DNA from: a phage
Assembly (NCBI GenBank): GCA_028909515.1
Contig: GCA_028909515.1_4811.1
Length of the DNA stretch: 64,000 nt
Strand: one strand, 5' to 3'
Shown here: piece by piece, positions 37,999 through 47,542 of the stretch
Numbering within the stretch: the first letter of the stretch is position 1
Layout: each line of letters begins with the position of its first letter
The notes under the pieces: model-generated
The model's database searches: none
Told to the model about the DNA's origin: nothing
Seen by the model: only the letters and a program-made list of their open reading frames with translations
Program-made: the position numbers and the translations under genes

Positions 37999-38360
37999 AA
38001 AACGCCTCCAAAAGTCGCAACACGAATGCCGCGACGCTCAAACGTTAACATAGGATTAATACCCGTCGCGCAGGTGATGTAAGCGTCATCGGCGACAAGG
38101 TCATAACCGCCTGCGCAAAGAATGAAGGTCGTGTCGCTGTTCTTCAAGAGCATAACAGCAGCTGCCGCACCTTTCTTGTTCTTAAAGAAGAATACTGGTT
38201 CACCGCCTTCTTGCGTCTCTTTGAACTCCTGAATAGCGCCGCACTCTACTGCGGCCTGCATCACCTTCAACAACTTGCTCTTCATCGCTTCGGTGCTCAT
38301 AATAACCTCTCCTTTGCTTGATGAAGTAAGTATAATACAGACAAATAAAAAGGCAAGCAA
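37995..38360 (-). CDS. Hypothetical early protein
   Basis: Track ORF of 121 aa with a TTG start; an internal ATG (MSTEAMKSKLL) is the more likely start. My reading of the sequence near 38280 was one base out of register with this ORF. Confidence 0.4.
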   Translation of the reverse strand: MLAFLFVCIILTSSSKGEVIMSTEAMKSKLLKVMQAAVECGAIQEFKETQEGGEPVFFFKNKKGAAAAVMLLKNSDTTFILCAGGYDLVADDAYITCATGINPMLTFERRGIRVATFGGVL

Positions 38361-38378
38361 TTAGCTCACCTTTTTGAA

Positions 38379-38639
38379 TTAAATCTGATCGGCTTCTTCG
38401 TGTAGACCAACTGACCTTAACTTACGCCGCAAGTAAGCTTTCTTTTCACACTCGCGTCCGGCTGGCGTGACGCGGTACTTTAATGTGTTCTCTCTATTCT
38501 TGCGTCGGTTGTTCTCGTCGAGTAGCTCTACCAGCGCCTTTGCGTCGTCGAGTGTTAACACCACGGGCCGCGACCCATTAACGGCCTGTCGAAGCTTCCG
38601 CGCGGCAAGGGCCAGTGGCGTCATCGGTCCCTTATTCAA
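38379..38639 (-). CDS. Hypothetical small basic protein, possibly DNA-binding
   Basis: 86 aa, Arg/Lys-rich. Likely ATG at MTPLALAARKL. Same register caveat near 38580. Confidence 0.4.
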   Translation of the reverse strand: MNKGPMTPLALAARKLRQAVNGSRPVVLTLDDAKALVELLDENNRRKNRENTLKYRVTPAGRECEKKAYLRRKLRSVGLHEEADQI

Positions 38640-39028
38640 GCCAACTCCTTATTCATCGGCGTGATGGACAAGACCTTTACTTCAGTGATGTCGCGGTTGT
38701 ATTCGCGCTTGATTTGAAGAATCTGGGATTGGATGCGCGCGATGAAGTGCGGCGTGACTCCTTCCTTAACGTTAATCCAGGCCGCAAGCTGCATTGAGTC
38801 GATGTCGCTTCTCATCACCGTTGGGCAGTTGATGGTACTTGGTGCACCGTTCGCGCCGTAGGCCAGTTGGGAATCATAAGCCGAATACCTGAACGCAACC
38901 AGGAACATTCGCTCTTCAAGCTGGCTTTCGCTTCTTGGATTCTTATCGCAACCAGACATGTGCTGCACAAACTCTTCATGCGGAAGGTGCATGACGTCGT
39001 GGCAATAAGGGCAACGTTTCATTCTCAT
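38636..39028 (-). CDS. Zinc-finger-like early protein
   Basis: 130 aa. N-terminal CPYCH...H...C motif. Confidence 0.45.
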   Translation of the reverse strand: MRMKRCPYCHDVMHLPHEEFVQHMSGCDKNPRSESQLEERMFLVAFRYSAYDSQLAYGANGAPSTINCPTVMRSDIDSMQLAAWINVKEGVTPHFIARIQSQILQIKREYNRDITEVKVLSITPMNKELA

Positions 39029-39261
39029 TTTGCATACTCCATAGCATATCGCTGCAACTTGAATGCAGCCTTGTTTAGTTGCTTGTGTCTTGCGTACAAG
39101 CGCTCACGTTCTTCTTCAGGGCAATCGGCACGAAGAATAGACATGGCAATACTTGACATGGCATTAAGGGTGCGCTGAAAGGCAGACACCATGCGCAACT
39201 CATTGCGCTTATTAAAAGACAACTTACCCAGCGCGGCATTCATAATTGCACCTCGACACAC
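39025..39261 (-). CDS. Hypothetical small protein
   Basis: 78 aa ORF. Confidence 0.35.
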   Translation of the reverse strand: MCRGAIMNAALGKLSFNKRNELRMVSAFQRTLNAMSSIAMSILRADCPEEERERLYARHKQLNKAAFKLQRYAMEYAK

Positions 39262-39557
39262 GATTCACTGGCCTTGAAGCTCCAGCCTTCCAGACCGACT
39301 TCGCCGCAACAGCGCACCTTTGCCCAGCCAGTCATGAGCCATTGGTGATACTTTTCGAAGTATGTCGGCTTTTCTGAGTAACAATGAACAAGGCCGTTAT
39401 CGTCAATGGCCACGTAACGCGTCCAAGGTGCAACGGGTACAACTACGTCGGGGTGGCCTTCTGGCCAAGGCTTGGTGTGTACAGCTGTGTTCAAGTCTAT
39501 GTTTAACACGCTTCCTAACCGCTCGTCTTGTTCCTTGTCGATGCCTAAGTAAATCAT
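39240..39557 (-). CDS. Hypothetical early protein with a Trp-rich motif
   Basis: 105 aa. Motif VAIDDNGLVHCYSEKPTYF...WLMTGWAKV, as in the 35645-36136 product. Confidence 0.45.
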   Translation of the reverse strand: MIYLGIDKEQDERLGSVLNIDLNTAVHTKPWPEGHPDVVVPVAPWTRYVAIDDNGLVHCYSEKPTYFEKYHQWLMTGWAKVRCCGEVGLEGWSFKASESCVEVQL

Positions 39558-39641
39558 AATTCACCTCACTTGTTCGCCTTGATGAAAAGAGTATAAATAT
39601 TGATAAAAGAAAAGGCAAGCATTTAGCTCACCTTTTGATAT

Positions 39642-39836
39642 TCATTTCTGCTTTATGTATTCATCAACTATGTCGATTATGTATCGATGCTCAACAAGCC
39701 ACTCAAGCATACTTTCCGGTCTTACGTCGCCGTTTGGAACGCTTCCATAAAGCGTGCAACTGGCATAACAATCCATGAAGTTCTTTATTGCAGCGGCCTT
39801 ATCAAGAGTTTTCTGTATGTCTAGTTTAACACTCAT
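39642..39836 (-). CDS. Hypothetical small protein
   Basis: 64 aa ORF. Confidence 0.35.
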   Translation of the reverse strand: MSVKLDIQKTLDKAAAIKNFMDCYASCTLYGSVPNGDVRPESMLEWLVEHRYIIDIVDEYIKQK

Positions 39837-39854
39837 AAATCACCTTTTTGATAT

Positions 39855-40187
39855 TCATTTTACATAGTGGAGTAGATCAATCTCTATCTGATCACGCGTC
39901 CTTGTTATCTTTGTATCACCCGTCCGGTGAGAGAATCGATAGATGGTCAACTCTCCGTCACCTCCCCTATCGAACTTCATGTTGGCTAGTCGACAAGCAT
40001 ATATTGCATTAAGCTTATTACCATAAGACAAGATGTTAAATGTCAAAACGGTATTGCCCATCCTCACATTCTCTTTTATGCACCTCTTTAAGAAGTAATA
40101 GGACTCGGCAAAAGCGTTTTGTCTTTTCCAGATTTCTTTAACCTTCTCACGCTCATGCGCGGCGAGTATCTGATCACGGGTCATCAC
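39855..40187 (-). CDS. Hypothetical early protein
   Basis: 110 aa ORF. Confidence 0.4.
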   Translation of the reverse strand: MMTRDQILAAHEREKVKEIWKRQNAFAESYYFLKRCIKENVRMGNTVLTFNILSYGNKLNAIYACRLANMKFDRGGDGELTIYRFSHRTGDTKITRTRDQIEIDLLHYVK

Positions 40188-40420
40188 TGCACCTCTGTTA
40201 TTCCGGTAATTCGAACGATGACGGTGTCATCCAAATTGAACTGCTGCCGCGCGACGCGTTTGATGTCGTCCTTAAGGTCGGCAATCAACTCCCTTGTTAA
40301 CACTGTACGCTCTGAAACGTCATATTGAACGTCAAAGGTATACTCGCCATAGAATACCGCGCCATTGGGAAGCTGCACGACATAGAATGCCATATACATG
40401 GCGTTGATATAATCTTCCAT
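40184..40420 (-). CDS. Hypothetical small protein
   Basis: Internal ATG (MEDYINAM) chosen; the longer track ORF (to 40534) overlaps the upstream gene. Confidence 0.35.
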   Translation of the reverse strand: MEDYINAMYMAFYVVQLPNGAVFYGEYTFDVQYDVSERTVLTRELIADLKDDIKRVARQQFNLDDTVIVRITGITEVQ

Positions 40421-40767
40421 TATACATTCTCCACGGGTCGACGGATGAGTTTGCGTAATCCTTCGGGCCATACCTTCTTGATGACGGCCTTCGCTGGGCT
40501 TGATGAAAGCTTCTTCAGCTTCAATAGGACACATCCTTCATCATCGTTCGGTTGCACCTGGATAACGACTCGCGCTTGTCGGTCGATGACCATGACATCA
40601 CCAATGCGAATGTCCTTCACCAACACGCCCATCTCCTTCGTGCCGGATACACCAATCACATGGTCACATCGAACGCGCGGCGGGAGTAGCGTTCCACCGT
40701 CAGCCATCTCACGCACGCGCTTCTTAATCTCTGCACCGTATAACACTTCGTCTTTAACATGAGCCAT
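40420..40767 (-). CDS. Hypothetical early protein
   Basis: 115 aa ORF. Confidence 0.4.
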   Translation of the reverse strand: MAHVKDEVLYGAEIKKRVREMADGGTLLPPRVRCDHVIGVSGTKEMGVLVKDIRIGDVMVIDRQARVVIQVQPNDDEGCVLLKLKKLSSSPAKAVIKKVWPEGLRKLIRRPVENV

Positions 40768-41248
40768 GGTCGAGTACCTTATAAAGAGTGCAAGAAGGGC
40801 TGCTGAATTCCCTTAATGCATAAGCCACGTTCAAGCTGCCAGGTTCTTTCTTTGCGTTTGTCACTTCCATGTATTGGCAGCCGTTTATGCTGTATCGTCT
40901 TACTACAACAGCATTGAAAATCTGACTGCCGTAATAGACGCAGACGATAACATCACCGACTTCTATTTTATCAGCCGGAACAGGCTTAAGGCGCGGCTTT
41001 TTATCAACATAAGTTTGAATAGGAACTCTTACGCAACGTGATTGATGGTGAATAGGTCTTGTTGCACCTTTGACGTTGCGCTTCAGTAATTCATCAATGG
41101 CATAGTCAACATCACCACTTTCGAACTGCTTCATGATGAAGTCTCTTACCTTTACGCGAAGGTTAACATCTGCTTCTGCACGTCTCAATGCGTGTAAAAT
41201 TTCTTCACACTCTTCTTTGTTTAACATTAAAGGGCGATGGATGATCAT
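40754..41248 (-). CDS. Hypothetical early protein
   Basis: 164 aa ORF. Confidence 0.45.
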   Translation of the reverse strand: MIIHRPLMLNKEECEEILHALRRAEADVNLRVKVRDFIMKQFESGDVDYAIDELLKRNVKGATRPIHHQSRCVRVPIQTYVDKKPRLKPVPADKIEVGDVIVCVYYGSQIFNAVVVRRYSINGCQYMEVTNAKKEPGSLNVAYALREFSSPSCTLYKVLDHGSC

Positions 41249-41250
41249 AA

Positions 41251-41406
41251 TTAACCTCTTATTTGTGACACAAAACGTTTATAATGTTCTTTGGCTAGGA
41301 CGCGTGCGCGCTCTTTCGTATGGCCGCTGGCTTCAAGTACGCGGCGAAGCTGCTTGATTGCGTCTGCCTTACTGATTTTATTATCGCTAAATTGATGTTT
41401 ATTCAT
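41251..41406 (-). CDS. Small basic protein (51 aa)
   Basis: Not in the ORF track. ATG overlaps the upstream stop (ATGA). Confidence 0.3.
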   Translation of the reverse strand: MNKHQFSDNKISKADAIKQLRRVLEASGHTKERARVLAKEHYKRFVSQIRG

Positions 41407-41624
41407 GCTTCACAAGCAGCCTTGATTTGACGTGGAGTTACAATGACGACTTCACCAACCAGTGACTTGTCATCTTCTTTTACTGTATCGATTCTTACAC
41501 GGTAATGATTGCGACCGCGTGAATCGGTAAGGTATTCATCCAGCTCAAGGATGGTGCCTGCACGCATATTCTGTCCTGACATCCAACGGATACGGTCGCC
41601 AGCCTTAAGGGTTTTCTTGCTCAT
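41403..41624 (-). CDS. Hypothetical small protein
   Basis: Internal ATG (MSKKTLKAGD) chosen; the longer track ORF overlaps the 41632-41910 gene. Confidence 0.35.
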   Translation of the reverse strand: MSKKTLKAGDRIRWMSGQNMRAGTILELDEYLTDSRGRNHYRVRIDTVKEDDKSLVGEVVIVTPRQIKAACEA

Positions 41625-41631
41625 CTTCAAC

Positions 41632-41910
41632 TCACTTATAATATTTAAACATAGCCGCGCAAAAGTCTTGCATGGCATTCTTGATTTGCTTCTTGAACAA
41701 CGGGTCATGCATCGTTTCAACATTCGTCTTAATCCGAACGTGACCGATAACATCAAACGCAGTCGCTGGCATCGGCTCATAGATTTCATGATCGTTCAAG
41801 ATTATATCTAGCTTTGACTCAGAAATCACGGGATAATTCTTGCCAGCAGTAAATTGGTCATCAATAGATGATGTGCACTTGACAAAGAATACTTTGTATG
41901 TAGTAATCAT
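41632..41910 (-). CDS. Hypothetical early protein
   Basis: 92 aa ORF. Confidence 0.4.
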   Translation of the reverse strand: MITTYKVFFVKCTSSIDDQFTAGKNYPVISESKLDIILNDHEIYEPMPATAFDVIGHVRIKTNVETMHDPLFKKQIKNAMQDFCAAMFKYYK

Positions 41911-42116
41911 AGAGAATCCTTCGGGCCGCAGTAGCGCCCGTCCAGGTAGCGGTCATATTGGATTAAAGCGAATGTTTTTAGCGAAAGGTTACGGCGCTTA
42001 AACAGATGACCAGTTGCTGGATTCTGCTCGTGCGCCGTTGGATAAAGGCGTGACAGGTAGTGGATGAGGACTTGTAAAGCCCTACGTTGATTTGTGATTC
42101 TTCCCTGTGTATTCAT
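41907..42116 (-). CDS. Hypothetical small protein
   Basis: 69 aa ORF; overlaps the alternative 42082-42306 ORF, so the boundary is uncertain. Confidence 0.3.
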   Translation of the reverse strand: MNTQGRITNQRRALQVLIHYLSRLYPTAHEQNPATGHLFKRRNLSLKTFALIQYDRYLDGRYCGPKDSL

Positions 42117-42345
42117 GGCTGAATCTACCCTCTGTCAATATCCGGTCATGGATGACTATACCAGTACAGCGCAGGCGGTTGGCATTGCTTCGCGCCTTTG
42201 CTGCTTGATGAGGATTGAACAAGCCAAACAAACTAGCCTTAAAAGCAAACTGGTAATATTTGATTAAGGTACTAAGTGCTAACTCAATCCTGTCTAAATT
42301 AATCATAATATCACCTCGTCAGAAAAGCAAATATTTTGATGATAA

Positions 42346-42993
42346 TTATCCTGTGGCCTGCATATTGCGTACATACTTCTGCTCTAATGAATAGATGAAG
42401 TCGGCGACAGTTAATCCCTTCGTGTGCCATTCATACATGGTGAAGCCTGTATTCAGGAAATAGCCGCGCACCTTGTCCATCGCTTCAGCTTCCTCCATTG
42501 AAGCCATCAGCGCGGCGACGTTGTCATAAGAAGGCACAAATCCCTTCTTGCGTAGCGCATTGCGCAAATCTTTAGTTCTGAATCCAATCTTGCAAGGGTC
42601 ATCACGGCCCGTGGATGATGCAACCTTCGGTAGCGCAAGGAACTCTTTAAGGAACATTGCAATGTTCAAGTCTCCTGCGTCATCAAGCTTCTGGATTCGG
42701 TTGCGACCGCGACCCTTGAATTCACTTGCACGAGGGTGAGCGCCAAAACAGTGCGCCCCTTCCAGTTTAGGGTCGATGATCATTACATCTTTACCAATGC
42801 GCAGCTCTACGTAGTAAAGATAAGACTCATCGACAAGCTTTGTGCGCTTGCAAGTGATTGAGTCCTTATCATAACCAAAGCCACGCAACACGGTTGAAAT
42901 CATCCGGTTCATTTCTTCGCCGTGAACGTCACTCTCTTTGTTCAGTTCACCAAGATTTTGAAAGAATTTAGCGATGTTGATTGCTTTATTCAT
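42346..42993 (-). CDS. Hypothetical early protein
   Basis: 215 aa ORF directly downstream of the helicase. Confidence 0.45.
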   Translation of the reverse strand: MNKAINIAKFFQNLGELNKESDVHGEEMNRMISTVLRGFGYDKDSITCKRTKLVDESYLYYVELRIGKDVMIIDPKLEGAHCFGAHPRASEFKGRGRNRIQKLDDAGDLNIAMFLKEFLALPKVASSTGRDDPCKIGFRTKDLRNALRKKGFVPSYDNVAALMASMEEAEAMDKVRGYFLNTGFTMYEWHTKGLTVADFIYSLEQKYVRNMQATG

Positions 42994-44663
42994 CAGAATT
43001 CATCCTTATCTCTTCCCAAAGAACGTTTACGCTCAATAACCTTCTTCAAGAATTCAATATCTTCAGGGTCAGACTCATCGCGGATGAGATACGCTAAGAT
43101 GGTCATCAAATCAGAAATGTATTCCCCTGATTCATTCTTAATCAGCGGCGTAAAGTAACCGCGCTGGTTGCGATAGGTTGCAGGCTCAAAACCAAGCTTC
43201 GACATGTGCGGCGCAAGGGTACGAGAGAAAGGCGACTTGCCGCACTTCGCTCTGAATCCCATAGCAATAGCACCACTGGTGATGTGCCAGCGTCCGCTGT
43301 GATGTCGGTCATAAGGCGCGGTGATGACGACTTCAACAAGGTCGTTGTCAACCATCTCATCACGGATAACGCCGCGCGCACGTTCCATTTCGTTCTTGCT
43401 GAACTCAGTAAGCATGCGAGATGTTTCACCAACAAACGCATTGTAACCTGCTTCGCCGTGCTTCTCCATCCACGCAGCACACTCAGCCATCAACTGCCAA
43501 ACGTCTTCTTTCAAAGTGGAAAGGTCAGCTTGGAAATCTTTCGACCAGTTCGGTTGCCCGTCCTTGTCAGCGAGTTGGCCAACAAAGATAGGATACACAC
43601 GACGGTTGCCCGTGTCATCGCGCTGCATACCTGCGTATTCATTGCCGTCCATGATAGCAATCCACTGGCGTGGTTTAACCTGCGTATCTTCAAATTTGAA
43701 GTCCAGGTCATCTTCTGTCTTAGTCAGGAATGCTTTCATGTTTTCGATGTCGGCCTTTTTAAAGCCTGTCATCTCGCCGACGTTCGCGATAATCGAGCGA
43801 CCCGTAATAGCTCGCAAGAACGGGTTGAAGTTTTGCGCGGCTAAGTTTAACGGAATCGGTGTTGCGTGGCGGTCGTTCATAATAGCTTCGCAAAGCAGCT
43901 TGCTAAAATAACTCTTCCCTGCGTTCTGGCCGCCGATGAGCGCGATGGAGATTGGCGCTTGACAGCCAGGGTTGGTCAGGCGGTTATAGAGCGATAGCCA
44001 AAAATACACACCGATTTGTCGGTTTAACTCTGTATCGAATGGTCGGAATAGCTCGATAAGGTATTTCTCGATGCGCGCAGTACCGTCCCATTCAGGCAGC
44101 TTCTTGTAGAAGAAGTCCATCAGGTCGTCGCGCTGATAACGCATGGCCCATTCCTTATAGGATTGAGCGACCTGACGTGAGTTTGGGTTGGACAATCCTG
44201 CTGCGTCGACAGCGGCAACTATCTCTGTGACTTCCAAAGTACGGTCGGTGAATGTTTCGCCGCGATGGTCGACTAAGCGCCCACGAAAAGTATCTTTGTG
44301 AGGGAATGGAACAACGCCACTTCCCTTATCAAACAACGCGTCGAAAACCGCATAACGGTTCATGTCACTCGTCCTGTCTGCCTGTAGAACGAAGTCATCT
44401 TTGGTAGGCTTGTAGTGAGGGAACTTGATTACCTGAAGTGAGGCGAGCAAGCGTGCTCTTTCAACCAAGTCTTCTTCACCGTAGCATTCCATGCGCTCTG
44501 AATCTTTTTCAACGGCTTTATGTTGAAGGCTGATTTTAGCTCTGGTGCCTTGCTGCTCTGCCGCCTGCATTTCTTCCGAAACGCCTGCATCTTGAATTTC
44601 GTCAAAGATTGCACCAAATTCATCACCTGTATCCTCTGGAAGATTGTCATTATTAATTGACAT
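42993..44663 (-). CDS. P-loop NTPase, replicative helicase (SF3 / primase-associated type)
   Basis: 556 aa. Walker A IALIGGQNAGKSYF. Sits downstream of the primase-like gene. Family assignment is inferred. Confidence 0.55.
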   Translation of the reverse strand: MSINNDNLPEDTGDEFGAIFDEIQDAGVSEEMQAAEQQGTRAKISLQHKAVEKDSERMECYGEEDLVERARLLASLQVIKFPHYKPTKDDFVLQADRTSDMNRYAVFDALFDKGSGVVPFPHKDTFRGRLVDHRGETFTDRTLEVTEIVAAVDAAGLSNPNSRQVAQSYKEWAMRYQRDDLMDFFYKKLPEWDGTARIEKYLIELFRPFDTELNRQIGVYFWLSLYNRLTNPGCQAPISIALIGGQNAGKSYFSKLLCEAIMNDRHATPIPLNLAAQNFNPFLRAITGRSIIANVGEMTGFKKADIENMKAFLTKTEDDLDFKFEDTQVKPRQWIAIMDGNEYAGMQRDDTGNRRVYPIFVGQLADKDGQPNWSKDFQADLSTLKEDVWQLMAECAAWMEKHGEAGYNAFVGETSRMLTEFSKNEMERARGVIRDEMVDNDLVEVVITAPYDRHHSGRWHITSGAIAMGFRAKCGKSPFSRTLAPHMSKLGFEPATYRNQRGYFTPLIKNESGEYISDLMTILAYLIRDESDPEDIEFLKKVIERKRSLGRDKDEF

Positions 44664-44729
44664 TTAATCCTCCTGATACGGCTTTGTTATATTGTTGCAT
44701 GGATATATCCTTTCAGGGTGCGGTAAATA

Positions 44730-44749
44730 AACGCCAGAAATCTGGCGTT
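44730..44749 (-). terminator. Perfect 9 bp inverted repeat, possible weak terminator or operator
   Basis: AACGCCAGA, short loop, TCTGGCGTT. Only a weak T-tract on the minus strand. Confidence 0.3.
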
Positions 44750-44799
44750 GTATATTAATATAGTAAAACTCAATTTAAAGCAATATAACTGGTGAACTA

Positions 44800-45090
44800 T
44801 CAGCAAGGAAATTGGTTGGCGTATGCCTTTCTCAATTTGTTTACTGATTGAACAGCATGAAGGTATTGGCAATCGGTGAAGATGCGGCGCAAATGATCCA
44901 TAGAAGACAGGTCATCGTTAGTAACCACCAGAATCTCTTCCGAAGGGCAGCCAGCTTCTTTGACAATCTCATTGAGATTTGCGCCACTAATTTCTTCAAC
45001 ACGTTTCACCTCATCGATACCGTAAACATCAACGGCAACTTCGATGTCGTCATCGCTGATATTTTCACCATAAAGAATTACAATATTCAT
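44800..45090 (-). CDS. Hypothetical acidic early protein
   Basis: 96 aa ORF. Confidence 0.4.
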   Translation of the reverse strand: MNIVILYGENISDDDIEVAVDVYGIDEVKRVEEISGANLNEIVKEAGCPSEEILVVTNDDLSSMDHLRRIFTDCQYLHAVQSVNKLRKAYANQFPC

Positions 45091-45209
45091 CCGCTCACCC
45101 CTGCCAAATAATATGCCATATCCAATACATATAATAGCCCCAGGATGATGACAAGGGAAATGATTAATGTGTATTTCTTTACGGCTTTCATAAGTATCTA
45201 TACCTAAAT

Positions 45210-45476
45210 TTACTGTTGAGGATCACCAATGGAGTCTGTCGCATCCCATTCAACGCGTGCTGTGCGCTCTGCTGGTGGGCAACCTTCGCCAGCGTAAAGC
45301 TCCACAACGCCTTCATGAGAGCAGCACTGGCACTCTACAAGGTCGCCATCTTCCCAGGCACCTTCCTCCGCGTTGCGATGCTGCCGCACCTTGATAACAT
45401 CGCTCGCACAGTTAGGACAAGTCGAGAGATTGCTGGCAACGTTCCAGATGAACTCGTTACGGAAAGCACCCATGCT
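45210..45476 (-). CDS. Zinc-ribbon protein
   Basis: CPNC...CQCC motif. Internal ATG (MGAFRNEF) chosen over the track start at 45554. Confidence 0.4.
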   Translation of the reverse strand, partial: SMGAFRNEFIWNVASNLSTCPNCASDVIKVRQHRNAEEGAWEDGDLVECQCCSHEGVVELYAGEGCPPAERTARVEWDATDSIGDPQQ

Positions 45477-45765
45477 ACACCTCTTGATCTCTTTGCTGTT
45501 GAATCGCGGCTGAAGCTTCGTCAAAATTGACTGGCTCAACGGTGAACGTTGCACTGACTGTAAGGTCTTTAATAGTCAGCAGTGTGTTGAATCGCTCGGC
45601 CTGAAGATTCATAGCTACATGCGTGGATACGTTAAGGATTGCACCAACAACTTCCTCCACTGCGTAGCCTGCAAACAAGGGGAGAATCTGGTTGACAAGC
45701 TTAAGCTCGTTTTCAACACGAAGCTTTTGTGCTTCTTCAACGGTCATCATTTTTGGTTCGTTCAT
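45475..45765 (-). CDS. Hypothetical early protein
   Basis: 96 aa ORF. Confidence 0.4.
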   Translation of the reverse strand: MNEPKMMTVEEAQKLRVENELKLVNQILPLFAGYAVEEVVGAILNVSTHVAMNLQAERFNTLLTIKDLTVSATFTVEPVNFDEASAAIQQQRDQEV

Positions 45766-45972
45766 TTTTATTCCTTAACAAATTCAGAGTAGTGTTTGGC
45801 CGCAGCCGCTTGATGGTGAGCCATGACTCCTTGAAGGGTCGGAAGCTCTGCTGGTTTAGGTTCTAACGACTTTAACAGACATTCAACCTCGATGTTCAAT
45901 TCTTCGCTTTGCATAAATCACCTCTGCTTCAGTTCATAAAATGATTATAGTTACTATGAAAGTAAAAGCAAA

Positions 45973-47055
45973 CTATTTTATGCCACCTGCACGACGATTT
46001 ATCATGTCAAGTTGATTCTCAATATAAGGCATGACGATTGCTTCAACAAAAGCGGTCCAACCTTTCTTGCCTTCCCCTTTACGGTGACAGTCGTGGGCGC
46101 AACCGAACACAAATTCATGTTCTGCACCAGGGATAGGGCCGCGAAAGTAAGCGCCATACGGGTCGCCGTTGGTGTGTTCTTCACCCCAAGGACAGATTAT
46201 GCGGCACTTGCCTGACATGTTCTCGATGACGTCACCATCAGACCCTTCACCCATCTTGCTGCGCGCTAGAATCTGCTGGGCTATTTTATACCAAACAGCA
46301 TCATACTTGTATTCATCGACGTCAATTTGAATCTCACGCTTTTGCGGCATGACGACGTGAAAGCCAAATGCCTGACAAATGTCTTCGATGGTGTAGCGCA
46401 ATGAGTAGTCTGCATGGACAAGTCGGCAGCGGAACGGGTCGCCGTTCTCATCGACATATTTATAGGGGCCGTCATGAGTCACACGCTTGTTGTTGATGCA
46501 CCCAGGAACACGGCCCACGCGCGTTACGTCTTTAATCGTGTTGTCGCCGCCCTTCTTGAGTACCATGTTAACGAAAGACCCAAGGAACGCTTTGAACTGA
46601 ATAAGATGGTCAATCGGTTCTTTAAAGAAGTACCAAAGCTGGTGGTTGTTCGGTGAAGTCTCGACGATGACAGTCGGCTTCAGTCGCTCAAAAAAGAATT
46701 CCAAATCTAAATCGCCTTTGGACCCTTTACCGTGACCGATGTCGTCGACCATCATCGCCATGCCGTGACCAAAGGCCGACTCTGTACGCCAGTATCGCAT
46801 CTCACCCGTCTTTGGGTTGGGAGACTTACGCATTGAACTGATGCAAGCATAGCCGTTTTGGTGCTGCATGAGCGGCTTTCCCAACTTCCAAGGCTTAGGC
46901 CAGAAGCTGCTGTTAATCTTCTTGCCGCGCTCGTCAGTCTGCACCGTTGCTTCAGGCGCAAACACCGTCATGACGCGCTCATCTTCTGGAATGCCTCTTT
47001 GGAGTTCTGTTAAAAACTCTTCGATTATTTTTGCTTCTTCTCTTAAACTAGCCAT
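45973..47055 (-). CDS. Primase-polymerase-like protein (archaeo-eukaryotic primase type, putative)
   Basis: 360 aa. Motifs MVDDIGHG and NHQLWYF, C-terminal Cys/His cluster CPWGEEH...CAHDCH. Lies upstream of the helicase. Family is inferred. Confidence 0.45.
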   Translation of the reverse strand: MASLREEAKIIEEFLTELQRGIPEDERVMTVFAPEATVQTDERGKKINSSFWPKPWKLGKPLMQHQNGYACISSMRKSPNPKTGEMRYWRTESAFGHGMAMMVDDIGHGKGSKGDLDLEFFFERLKPTVIVETSPNNHQLWYFFKEPIDHLIQFKAFLGSFVNMVLKKGGDNTIKDVTRVGRVPGCINNKRVTHDGPYKYVDENGDPFRCRLVHADYSLRYTIEDICQAFGFHVVMPQKREIQIDVDEYKYDAVWYKIAQQILARSKMGEGSDGDVIENMSGKCRIICPWGEEHTNGDPYGAYFRGPIPGAEHEFVFGCAHDCHRKGEGKKGWTAFVEAIVMPYIENQLDMINRRAGGIK

Positions 47056-47215
47056 CTTTCTTTCCTTTGGTGATCAATACCTGCAGTATAATATTGAGTG
47101 ATACAAAGTCAACAATATTTACCATTTAGTTCACAATTTCGATTTACTTTGCTTTATACTATATCTGCAATTATACTATCAGAAAATATTTCCGCACTAA
47201 CAAAGGTCGCCTGAA

Positions 47216-47542
47216 ATGAACGAAAAAGAGACGAAGCAACGCGAACGTGCAACACACGTCGGAATCGTTGAGTCCTTCCTTAATACAAGATTGAATTCAA
47301 GCCTAACAATCATGCGATTCCTGGGTCAACCAGACAGAATCAAATTTATTTTTGCCGCAAATCCGGTATCGCTGTACATCCCTGTTGAATCCATGGCGTA
47401 CTTAGTGCGCGACGAGAAAGGATGGAAGATACCAAACACAACTGTTTTCTTCAGCCATGTTGATGGTGAGATGTTTGAACGAAAAGAAGATTGCCATTTT
47501 ATTCCAGTATATCTGGACCTTGAAAGCGTAGTGGAGTTATAA
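47216..47542 (+). CDS. Hypothetical protein
   Basis: 108 aa, first gene of the plus-strand block, stop overlaps the helicase start. Confidence 0.4.
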   Translation: MNEKETKQRERATHVGIVESFLNTRLNSSLTIMRFLGQPDRIKFIFAANPVSLYIPVESMAYLVRDEKGWKIPNTTVFFSHVDGEMFERKEDCHFIPVYLDLESVVEL

